Source: an uncultured Chloroflexia bacterium
GTDB lineage: Bacteria > Chloroflexota > Anaerolineae > CG2-30-64-16
Assembly: GCA_963774265.1 (NCBI GenBank)
Contig: CAVZDU010000008.1
Span: 128,001-192,000 of the forward strand
Direction of reading: 5' to 3'
DNA: 64,000 bases
This document shows positions 47,461 to 56,182 of the stretch, piece after piece (the first letter of the stretch is position 1; each line of letters opens with the position of its first letter). Position numbers and translations under genes: made by a program. The notes beneath the pieces are model-generated. The model did no database searches, was not told where the DNA came from, and saw only the letters and a program-made list of their open reading frames with translations.

Positions 47461-50316
47461 TTGCCCGGCCACATCACGAGCCACTGCATAGAGGAGACGG
47501 CCGAAATCGTCAGTGATTACCATCGGCCCCGTCAATTTCTAAGCCACCGGGGCCGGCAGGACTTGGTCATCCTGTTGGGCCTGGTGCTGCTGGCCACCTC
47601 GCTGCGCGTCTATCACCTGGACTTCCAGAGCCTCTGGAGCGACGAGGGGATCAGCCTGCTTCGCGCCAGTTTGCCGCTGGGGGAAATGCTGCAGACGATG
47701 CCGGTGGAGCACGCGCCGGGTTACTTCCTCCTTCTGGGATTCTGGCTCCGGCTGACCGGCACGAGTGACTTCGCCCTGCGTCTTCTCTCCCTTTGGCCGA
47801 GCGTGTTGGCAGTCGCTATGGTCTATCGATTGGCAGCGGACATGGGTTCCAGGCGCGCGGGTCTCGTGGCCGCTCTCCTGCTCGCAATTAATCCCTTCCA
47901 GGTCTGGTATGCGCAAGAAGCGCGTATGTATAGCTGGCTGCTGGCCACTGCCCTGGGATCCACATGCCTGTTGTGGAGGCTTCTCGCAGATCGGCGTTCT
48001 GGCTTAGCCGAAGAAGTCGGGCGGAGGGGCTCTCGTTGGTGGCCGATCGGGTTGGGCTACACCGTCCTCACCTCGGCAGCTATTTACCTCCACTACTACG
48101 GCTTCCTCGTGCCCCTGGCACAGACGATCTACGCCCTGGTCTGGCTGTGGTGGACCCGCGATCGGCGCCGATTTATGCGCTGGGTCATGGCAGGGGCCGG
48201 TGTTATCTTGCTGTACCTCCCCTGGCTGCCGCGCCTTCTCGGCATATTCGGCTTCAGCGGCTGGCGGCCACCGGTGGATCCCTGGCAGCTCCCCTGGCGT
48301 TATCTGACGGCCTACACAGTCGGTGATGCCATGCCTGCCCCCTGGCGCGAGTGGCTGCCGTGGCTCTACCTGGCGCTTGCGCTCATCGGGCTCTGGGGCT
48401 GGTGGCGACACGATCGCGGGGCTGCCTTGTTGCTGGCGCTGAGCACCGCTGTCCCGATGGCGGCGGCTCTGGCCCTGGCCCTGCGTCAGCCCGACTTTCA
48501 TGAGCGCTATACCATTTTCGTGAGCGCCCCGTTGCTCGTTCTCGTCGCCGGCAGTACACTGATCGGACGCCCCAGCCTGTCTTCTCGTCGCCCCGTCCCG
48601 GCATCCCTCCTGGTCCGCAGTCTGGTGCTGGCTGGCCTGGTGGCTGCCAACGGGCTGGCACTATATCGCCACTATACAGACACCTCGTTACACAAGCCGG
48701 ACTTTCGCTCTGCGGCAGTGCGTATCCAGCAATGGGAGCAGCCGGGAGACGTTATCCTGGTCGATGGGCCAGATCCACAGAAGGTATTCCTTCACTATTA
48801 TCACGGTTCGGCGCCGGTGCATGATCTGCGGACGTTGGAAGGCGCCGACGAGCACCAGGTGGATGTGGCCCTGACCGAGGCTACGGCTGGTCGTGAACGC
48901 GCCTGGGGTCTACGCTATTTCCACGATCCGGGTCCTGTGCAGGCCTGGCTGGCTCGTCACGCCTGGCCGACTCGCGCCTCTGGACACAATGGCATCGTTG
49001 TGACCCTTTACGACCTGCTGGACGGGCAGGGGTCTACGCAGCCAGCTAACGTGGCTTTCGGCGCTGAATTGACGTTGTCCGAGGCAACGATCACCGGGGG
49101 CGCCAAGGCCGGGGATACAATCTCAGCGCGCGCTGGCGATCTCTTGGGAGTAACCAGTGTGTGGCAGGTGCATTCAGCCCCGCCCCCGCACAAGTTCAGC
49201 TTGCGGCTTCAGGACGACGCGGGCCGCATCTGGCTGGCCGACGACTACATACCCCAGGACGGCTTCGCGCCGACAGAGCGCTGGCTGCCAGACCAATCGG
49301 CGGTCGACCAGCGCGGTGTGCCGCTTCCGCCTGACTTGCCTCCCGGCAGATACCGACTCACCCTGCGTCTGTACGACGCGGCGACGGGCGTCCCTGTTGA
49401 GACCGCTGCTGGCCCCGATGTGACGCTGGCGGCCCTCGACATAGGGCCCGCCCCAGTTGCACCTGACCCCCTCTTGCTGCCGATGAGTGTCAGGATTGAT
49501 GCGCCCTTGGGGGATGAACTGCGTCTTCTCGGTCTGGACGTGACACCGCAACCTTTACGGGTCGGACATGAGAGTGCGTTGTCGTTGTGGTGGCGCGTCG
49601 AGGACAAGCCCGCAGGACCGAAGCAGCTTCGGATACGGCTGCTAGATCGTCGCGGTGATCCTGTATTCAAGGGGTTGCAGCCTCTTAGCCTCCTGTCGCC
49701 GGACGGCCCGAACTGGGAACCGGGTCAGATCGTTCGCGAACGCTACCGGCTGGAAGTGGCTCCAACCGCGGCCAGCGGGCGCTATCGCCTGGAGCTGGCC
49801 CTGTCCGACTTGACCGGTGACGCACTCTTCGGTGAGCCGCAAATCGTGGCGATCATGCCGGTCGAGGCACGCCCGCGCAATTATCGCCTGCCTCAAATAG
49901 CTCACGACCTGGACGTGCGGCTCGGCGACGCAGTGATGCTCCGAGGTTATGATTTGACCCCATCCGAAGGATCAGGACGGACCCTGCGTCTCACCCTCTA
50001 CTGGCAGGCGATAGGACGAGTGGGCGGGCACTACAAGGCGTTTGTCCACGTGCTGGATGAGGAAGGGCGCATCGTGGCCCAATCTGACGCGGTTCCGGCA
50101 GGCGGTGAGGCCCCGACCGAGACTTGGCTGCAGAATGAGGTCGTAATCGATCAGCACCTGCTACAAGTGGCCAGGGACGGGCGCTGCCGGCTGTTCGTCG
50201 GCATGTATGATCCTGTAAGCGGTCAACGCCTGCCCGCTACCGACGGAGATGGTCATCCGATCCCCGACAACGCCGCCCTGATCGAGGAAGTGCTGATACC
50301 GCTGATGGGGTCTTGA
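47461..50316 (+). CDS. ArnT/PMT-like (GT-C) glycosyltransferase with three C-terminal repeat domains
   Basis: LRVYHLDFQSLWSDEGIS, HAPGYF, FALRLLS, WYAQEARMYS, YLHYYG and KPDFR; start uncertain. Confidence 0.87.
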   Translation: MPGHITSHCIEETAEIVSDYHRPRQFLSHRGRQDLVILLGLVLLATSLRVYHLDFQSLWSDEGISLLRASLPLGEMLQTMPVEHAPGYFLLLGFWLRLTGTSDFALRLLSLWPSVLAVAMVYRLAADMGSRRAGLVAALLLAINPFQVWYAQEARMYSWLLATALGSTCLLWRLLADRRSGLAEEVGRRGSRWWPIGLGYTVLTSAAIYLHYYGFLVPLAQTIYALVWLWWTRDRRRFMRWVMAGAGVILLYLPWLPRLLGIFGFSGWRPPVDPWQLPWRYLTAYTVGDAMPAPWREWLPWLYLALALIGLWGWWRHDRGAALLLALSTAVPMAAALALALRQPDFHERYTIFVSAPLLVLVAGSTLIGRPSLSSRRPVPASLLVRSLVLAGLVAANGLALYRHYTDTSLHKPDFRSAAVRIQQWEQPGDVILVDGPDPQKVFLHYYHGSAPVHDLRTLEGADEHQVDVALTEATAGRERAWGLRYFHDPGPVQAWLARHAWPTRASGHNGIVVTLYDLLDGQGSTQPANVAFGAELTLSEATITGGAKAGDTISARAGDLLGVTSVWQVHSAPPPHKFSLRLQDDAGRIWLADDYIPQDGFAPTERWLPDQSAVDQRGVPLPPDLPPGRYRLTLRLYDAATGVPVETAAGPDVTLAALDIGPAPVAPDPLLLPMSVRIDAPLGDELRLLGLDVTPQPLRVGHESALSLWWRVEDKPAGPKQLRIRLLDRRGDPVFKGLQPLSLLSPDGPNWEPGQIVRERYRLEVAPTAASGRYRLELALSDLTGDALFGEPQIVAIMPVEARPRNYRLPQIAHDLDVRLGDAVMLRGYDLTPSEGSGRTLRLTLYWQAIGRVGGHYKAFVHVLDEEGRIVAQSDAVPAGGEAPTETWLQNEVVIDQHLLQVARDGRCRLFVGMYDPVSGQRLPATDGDGHPIPDNAALIEEVLIPLMGS

Positions 50317-50326
50317 CCTACCTGCT

Positions 50327-52399
50327 ATGAAAACATTGCGTTTCTGGTGCTCGAAGCCGTGGCTGCATGTTGTCGTCATTCTGCTGGTTGCCGGCTTGTT
50401 CCGGCTCTGGCAGATCGGCAGCATCCCGCCCGGCCTGTTCGGGGATGAAGCGACGGACGGCCTGGATGCCCTCGACGTGCTGGCTGGTCGCGGGGCGGTC
50501 TTCTTCCCGGCGAATTTCGGCCGCGAAGGTCTGCACATGTGGATCATCGCCTGCATGTTCCGCCTTCTGGGGGTTGTGCCGCTCGCCCTGCGCCTCCCGT
50601 CGGCGGTCGCCGGAATCCTGACCGCCCTGGCCACCTATTGGTTGGGCCGGGAGTTGCTCGCTGCATGGTCGCATGGCACCCGAGAGCGCGACGGGTCCAC
50701 GCCGCCGTGGCCCTGGTCGTTCCTGCCGCTCTTCGCGGCCCTTTACATCGCCACCTCCTACTGGCATGTTCACTTCTCCCGCTTCGGCATCCGCGGAGTT
50801 TTCACGCCGTTCCTGAGTGCGCTGGCATTCGCCGCCTTCTGGCGTGCGGTCAACCGCCATTCGTACGCCTGGTTTGCCGTGAGCGGCGCCTGCTTGGGTC
50901 TCGCGTTGCACTTCTACACAGCAAGCCGCTTCTTTCCTCTTTTCCTCGGCGGGTTCCTCCTGCTGCAAGGATTGGTCGCGCTGATTTCGAGACGGGGGAA
51001 GCAGGCCATCCTGGCCCAGCATTTTCGTGGAGTCGCGCTGCTGTTCGCCGTTGCGGTAGTGATGTTTGCGCCGTTGGGCATCTACTTCCTGCAGCATCCA
51101 GGTGCGTTTACCCAGCGTGCAGGCGTCGTAACGGCCTTCGGCGAGGAGAGCCCACTGCTTCTCATGGGGCGCGCGGCCGTGGCGAATGTGCTCCAGTTTT
51201 TCGTGCCGGGACACGGGGATGTGGAGCAATTCTACAACCTGCCGGGACGCGTGGTCTTCGATCCCCTGACAGCCGTCCTGGCGCTCCTCGGACTGGGACT
51301 ATTGGCGTGGCGCTGGCGCCAAGACAGCGCTCTGTTTCTGTTGTTGTGGTTTCCGGCCCTGCTGCTGCCCTCGTTCCTGGCCACAGACCGCTGGCCCACC
51401 CTGCCGCGCGTGCTCGGGACCATCCCCGGCATTTACTTCTTTCCGGCAATCGGCCTGATCGCAGTCGCGGTGCTCCTGCAGCGATTGGGTCGATGCACCA
51501 GAGCGCAACTCGGGCCCGCGGCCGAGATCGTTGCCGTGGCCATGCTCATCCTTGCGCCCGGCATCCACGCTGTATGCACCTATCGCGACTATTTTCTGAT
51601 CTGGGGACCGTCAGTGCAGACTTTCGATGCCTTCGAAGGTGACATGACTGCCGCCTGGCGCTGGCTCGAAGATCACCCGCCTGCCGGGCACGTCTTTCTC
51701 TCCTCCGACATTTACCGGCATCCGACGTTCATGCTGCTCCACGAACGGGCGAGCGTACAAACTTTCTGGCAACACGCGAACCCGGATCTGAGTTGGTTTG
51801 ATGCCCGGCAGGTGTTGCCCTTGCCTGCGCCCGGCGAACAGGCCACTTATCTCATCGCCGCTTCTTCGCCTCCGTCGGCTGAAAGCTCGGCGCTCCTCCG
51901 ACGATACGGTCAGGAAGTGGATCAGGTGTCCGCACCCGACGGCAGCCCGGCCCTGACGGTCTTCAAGGTGAGCGACACATCCGACATGGCGCTGCTGCCC
52001 GAGAACGCGGTCCCGTCGATACGATTCACCGATAACCTGACGCTGGCGGACGCGACCATCGTCAGGACAGACACAGGGGCTTATGATCTCTGGCTGAGCT
52101 GGCAAACGCTGGGGCCAGACTCTTCGGGCTGGCCCGCCTATCGGTTAGAGATCAGGTCGGGAAGCCCCGAGGGCGAAGCCACCAGTGGTTGGCAGGAAAC
52201 AGTCCCCTTTGACGCGTTCCGGCCACCCGAGTGGGTGGCCGGCGGGATGTTTCTATCTTGGCATCAATTGAAGGGGTTGACCGGAACGCCGCCCAGCAGT
52301 CTCAGCCTGCGCCTGATCAACCTGCAGGATGGTGAGCCTGTGGCCAGCACGAACACATCTGACGGCTGGCAGACGATCCAGCTCACCGAGACGCCTTAA
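50327..52399 (+). CDS. ArnT/PMT-like (GT-C) glycosyltransferase
   Basis: FRLWQIGSIPPGLFGDEATDG, NFGREG, SYWHVHFSRFGIR and YNLPGRVVFDP; one degenerate repeat domain. Confidence 0.85.
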   Translation: MKTLRFWCSKPWLHVVVILLVAGLFRLWQIGSIPPGLFGDEATDGLDALDVLAGRGAVFFPANFGREGLHMWIIACMFRLLGVVPLALRLPSAVAGILTALATYWLGRELLAAWSHGTRERDGSTPPWPWSFLPLFAALYIATSYWHVHFSRFGIRGVFTPFLSALAFAAFWRAVNRHSYAWFAVSGACLGLALHFYTASRFFPLFLGGFLLLQGLVALISRRGKQAILAQHFRGVALLFAVAVVMFAPLGIYFLQHPGAFTQRAGVVTAFGEESPLLLMGRAAVANVLQFFVPGHGDVEQFYNLPGRVVFDPLTAVLALLGLGLLAWRWRQDSALFLLLWFPALLLPSFLATDRWPTLPRVLGTIPGIYFFPAIGLIAVAVLLQRLGRCTRAQLGPAAEIVAVAMLILAPGIHAVCTYRDYFLIWGPSVQTFDAFEGDMTAAWRWLEDHPPAGHVFLSSDIYRHPTFMLLHERASVQTFWQHANPDLSWFDARQVLPLPAPGEQATYLIAASSPPSAESSALLRRYGQEVDQVSAPDGSPALTVFKVSDTSDMALLPENAVPSIRFTDNLTLADATIVRTDTGAYDLWLSWQTLGPDSSGWPAYRLEIRSGSPEGEATSGWQETVPFDAFRPPEWVAGGMFLSWHQLKGLTGTPPSSLSLRLINLQDGEPVASTNTSDGWQTIQLTETP

Positions 52400-52404
52400 G
52401 GTGT

Positions 52405-53244
52405 CTAAACGCGCTTCTGACCTAGCAGCCAGCGATGGTGCGACCAGATTTGCTTGATCTTCCACGGCAGCCGCCACCGCTCCAGCCAGGCATATTTCAT
52501 CACGCGCCTGTAGAGGTCGTAGTCCTTGCCGAGATAGTAATCCATCGTCGACCAGCGCCACCCCTCGCCCGTAAACCGCCCTTCGAGCTTCTTCGAACGG
52601 ATGCCGATCTTGCGCAGCAGTTGGGCAGCGGGCATAACCGTGTCCGGCCACGGCGGGGTGTCCAACACGCCTTGCTCCAGGATCGCGACCCCCATGCCTT
52701 CCAGCGTCCGCCGGATCATGCCAATGTCGGTCCAGCGCTCGTCGACCTCATTCACAAACTCCGGTTCGACGATGTGCTTACGCACCTGGTAACCGACCTG
52801 CACCGGATTGGGCACGGCCACAAAGACGAGCTTATTGCTGACGCGCACCAACTCAGACAGGAGCGCAGCGGGCTCCTTCAGCCGCCAGATCGCCGCCCAG
52901 TTCCAGGCAAGCTCGAACTGGTTGTCAGGAAAGGGTAGCCTGGACCAGTCGTTCACCTGCGCGAAGCGTGCGGATAGCCCCAGCTCGCGCCAAATGCGCT
53001 GCACGCCTGCGAGGCGCTCCGCATCGTCGTCAACCAGGGTGACAGGTGTCTTGATGCGCGACAAGGCCACACTGTTGATCCCACTGACGCCAGCCATGCC
53101 GAACAAAGGCGCCTCAATCACATTGGCAAAGCCATAGCGGCCCTTAAGACTCAGTAGGAAGTCGTTAAGGACAAATCGCTCGTAGACCAGACCGAGGCCT
53201 TCGTTGTAGTCGGTGAGATATCTTTTCCAGGTGGGTTCAGTCAC
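52405..53244 (-). CDS. Class I SAM-dependent methyltransferase-like protein
   Basis: TLVDDD, LPFPDNQFELAWN and LLSELVRVSNKLVFVAVPN; motif I is atypical (EAPLFGMAG). Confidence 0.7.
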   Translation of the reverse strand: MTEPTWKRYLTDYNEGLGLVYERFVLNDFLLSLKGRYGFANVIEAPLFGMAGVSGINSVALSRIKTPVTLVDDDAERLAGVQRIWRELGLSARFAQVNDWSRLPFPDNQFELAWNWAAIWRLKEPAALLSELVRVSNKLVFVAVPNPVQVGYQVRKHIVEPEFVNEVDERWTDIGMIRRTLEGMGVAILEQGVLDTPPWPDTVMPAAQLLRKIGIRSKKLEGRFTGEGWRWSTMDYYLGKDYDLYRRVMKYAWLERWRLPWKIKQIWSHHRWLLGQKRV

Positions 53245-53356
53245 AGTGAAACGCTCCGAGAGGCAAGTCTATCATAGGCATGGCAGGATATGCTAAAGGT
53301 CGCTTTACGACTTACCCCGGACAGATTAGAATGACACAACAAGGAGCTGATAATAA

Positions 53357-54340
53357 GTGGCCGGACAAGACATTCTCATCACCGGGATCAATGGATTCAT
53401 TGCCAGCCATCTCGCCGAGCGCCTCCTGCAACACGGCGTAGGTGTACGCGGCTCCGCACGGCGGCCTGCCGCAGCAAACTGGCTTGCAGAGCGTGGCATT
53501 GACATCGCATGGGCGGATCTGTCAGATCGGCAAGCGCTTGGCCGTGCAATGACCGGCTGCCGCTCTGTCGTTCACGCTGCGGCCTGGACCGGAGGGCCGG
53601 AGCTGCCGCCGGAGACCGGTTACCAGGTCAACGTCGACGGAACCGCCAACGTCCTCGCTGCAGCCCAAGCGGCCGGCGTCGGGCGTTTCATCTACATCAG
53701 TAGCGTAGCAGTATACGGGCCGAACCGTGCGCCGCTGATTGACGAGATTGCGCCCACGCCACGCGTTGGCCAGGCCTACCCGGACAGCAAGATCGTTGCC
53801 GAGGCGCTGGTGCGCAGGTCTGGTCTGCCTTTCGTCATCGTCCGCCCGGCCTCCACCTACGGCCCGCGCGGCACAGCGTGGACGCTCGGACCGGTCGAGA
53901 AGATCAAAGCGGGCCGATTGGTCCTGGTCGGGCAAGATCGGGGTCTGGTGACTCCAGGTTACATCGACAACGTGGTCGACGGATTGATTCTCGCGTTAGG
54001 CCACAACGCTGCGCTCGGTGAAGCCTTCAATCTGTGCGATGACCTGGCAGTCAGCTATCGCCAATTCTATCTCTCGTACGCGCACATGCTCGGCCTCTCT
54101 ACTCTCCCTACGTTGCCCGGCATCGTGGCGCACCTCGCTCGCCTGGGCCCAGCGCAACTGATGCGCCGTGTAACCGGCCGGCCCTCCGCCGGCCCCTGGT
54201 CACTGCACTTCCGGTTTAATCCATCGCAGTTCAGCGTCGCCAAGGCGAAGCTCCGGCTTGGTTACGAGCCCACGATTGGCTTCGAAGAAGGTATGCGCCG
54301 GACGGAGGCATGGCTGCGCGCATCAGGCATCATTCCGTAA
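53357..54340 (+). CDS. Extended SDR: NAD-dependent epimerase/dehydratase
   Basis: ITGINGFIASH, VHAAA, NVDGT, ISSVAVYG, YPDSK and RPASTYGP. Confidence 0.9.
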   Translation: MAGQDILITGINGFIASHLAERLLQHGVGVRGSARRPAAANWLAERGIDIAWADLSDRQALGRAMTGCRSVVHAAAWTGGPELPPETGYQVNVDGTANVLAAAQAAGVGRFIYISSVAVYGPNRAPLIDEIAPTPRVGQAYPDSKIVAEALVRRSGLPFVIVRPASTYGPRGTAWTLGPVEKIKAGRLVLVGQDRGLVTPGYIDNVVDGLILALGHNAALGEAFNLCDDLAVSYRQFYLSYAHMLGLSTLPTLPGIVAHLARLGPAQLMRRVTGRPSAGPWSLHFRFNPSQFSVAKAKLRLGYEPTIGFEEGMRRTEAWLRASGIIP

Positions 54341-54389
54341 AGCGCGCAGTTTATTGCCCCATGCTGTGCTTTGGGCTATACTCATTAAA

Positions 54390-55712
54390 ATGCGTGTTTA
54401 CTTAGAAACCCTGGGCTGCCGGCTCAATTACGCCGAAATGGCCACCCTGGGGCGCCAGTTGGCTGCAGCCGGCCACCATTTGGCCTCATCCGCCGCTGAG
54501 GCGGATCTCTGTGTGCTTAATAGTTGTGCGGTCACCGGCCAGGCCGCCCGCCAGAGTCGCCAGATAGCCCGCCAGATGGCGCGCATCAATCCGGCGACGA
54601 AGCTGATTATCACCGGCTGCTATGCAACACTGGCGGAAGAAGCCGTCGCGCTCTTGCCCAACGTGACCCTGGTGGTGAGCAACTCGGGCAAAGACGAACT
54701 ATTATCGGTGATCCAGGCTGTGGCGGGCGATGTCGCTCCTCCGGATCACTTAACTGTTGGGGTAGGCGCCCCTGCTGTTGACCCCAGCCCGGGCCGCACA
54801 CGTGCATTCATAAAGGTGCAAGACGGTTGCCGCAATCATTGCACATTCTGTATTGTGACGGTGGCCCGAGGAGACGAGCGAAGCCGATCGATACCCGATC
54901 TTGTAGCAGAGGTTCAGGACCTCCACTCCGAGGGTTACCAGGAGGCGGTGTTGACCGGCGTGCACTTGGGCGGCTATGGGTCTGATCTGGCTGCCGGTCT
55001 ATCCGATCTCATCTCGGCGCTCCTGCAGGACACAGATATTCCGCGGCTGCGCCTATCGTCGCTCGAGCCGTTCGACCTGAATCCGAACTTCTTCGACTTG
55101 TGGTCGCAGGCCGGTGGCCGTCTGATGCCGCACCTGCACCTGCCCGCCCAGTCCGGCAGCGACACGGTACTGAGGCGCATGGCGCGACGCAATCGTGTCG
55201 CCGATTTCGAGAGACTGGTCGATGCCGCCCGATCGAGAATTCCGGATCTGACGATCACGACTGACCTGATCGTTGGCTTCCCCGGGGAGACCGAGTCAGA
55301 TTTCGAGCATACCGTCGCCTTTGCGCAGCGTATTGGCTTTGCACACATGCACGTGTTCCCATACTCGGCCCGAGAGGGAACTGCGGCAGCCCAATTTGCA
55401 GGTCAAGTGCCTGAGGTTGTGCGCAAGCACCGCGTCCACATCCTGACGGACCTCGATGAAAGCTGCGGCGCCTCGGTGCGTGCATCCTTCGTCGGCCAAA
55501 CGCGGCCCGTCCTGTGGGAGTACGAAACCGAACAAGACCACCCGACGCTTGGCATGGGACGCGCGTGGTCCGGCCTCACGGACAACTACCTGCGCGTGCG
55601 CGCGGGCGCGCCAATGGACAGAGACCTGCACAACCGGATTACCGAAGTCCACCTGACAGGTCTCATCGGAGATGATCTGGCGGGAGAGATCTCAAGGAGA
55701 AAACATCTATGA
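54390..55712 (+). CDS. mtaB: tRNA t6A37 methylthiotransferase MtaB
   Basis: TLGCRLN, NSCAVT, TGCYA, KVQDGCRNHCTFCIV, LTGVHLG, RLRLSSLEP, HLHLPAQSGSD and DLIVGFPGET. Confidence 0.93.
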   Translation: MRVYLETLGCRLNYAEMATLGRQLAAAGHHLASSAAEADLCVLNSCAVTGQAARQSRQIARQMARINPATKLIITGCYATLAEEAVALLPNVTLVVSNSGKDELLSVIQAVAGDVAPPDHLTVGVGAPAVDPSPGRTRAFIKVQDGCRNHCTFCIVTVARGDERSRSIPDLVAEVQDLHSEGYQEAVLTGVHLGGYGSDLAAGLSDLISALLQDTDIPRLRLSSLEPFDLNPNFFDLWSQAGGRLMPHLHLPAQSGSDTVLRRMARRNRVADFERLVDAARSRIPDLTITTDLIVGFPGETESDFEHTVAFAQRIGFAHMHVFPYSAREGTAAAQFAGQVPEVVRKHRVHILTDLDESCGASVRASFVGQTRPVLWEYETEQDHPTLGMGRAWSGLTDNYLRVRAGAPMDRDLHNRITEVHLTGLIGDDLAGEISRRKHL

Positions 55713-56164
55713 CTCTTGAAGAACACCTAGACGCGGACCTGAAGGAGGCCATGCGCAGCGGCGACTCTGTGCGAAAGCTCGCAATCCGAGCTGTGAAGAC
55801 GGCAGTAACCGAAGCCAAAGTCGCCGGCGCTGAGCAGCGCGCGCTGACCGACGAGGACGTATTGCGCCTCATCCAGCGGCAAGTAAAGCAGCGCCGCGAC
55901 AGCATTGCCGAGTTCGCCAAGGGCGGCCGCACTGACCTGATCGGCAAAGAGGAGGCGGAGATCGCGATCTTGGAGCAATACCTGCCTGCGCAGCTCGGCG
56001 AGGCTGAGATTCGTGCGCGAGCGCAGGCGGTCATTGAAGAACTGGGTGCAGCGGACCAAAAAGCCATGGGGCCGGTGATGAAACGATTGACAGCAGACCT
56101 GCGGGGCCAGGCTGACGGCACGTTGGTCAGCCGCGTGGTGCGCGAATTACTGTCTCCGCGGTAA
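55709..56164 (+). CDS. yqeY: GatB/YqeY domain protein
   Basis: DLKEAMRS, KQRRDSIAEF..GGRTDL..E.EIAILEQYLP and MGPVMK..GQADG. Confidence 0.93.
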   Translation: MTLEEHLDADLKEAMRSGDSVRKLAIRAVKTAVTEAKVAGAEQRALTDEDVLRLIQRQVKQRRDSIAEFAKGGRTDLIGKEEAEIAILEQYLPAQLGEAEIRARAQAVIEELGAADQKAMGPVMKRLTADLRGQADGTLVSRVVRELLSPR

Positions 56165-56182
56165 GGGATTCTGGCAACGGTT

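Noticed and set aside
25862-53244. Island as LPS/O-antigen, capsule or prophage locus
   Set aside because: No Wzx/Wzy/Wzz, ABC exporter, lipid A or phage genes are recognisable.
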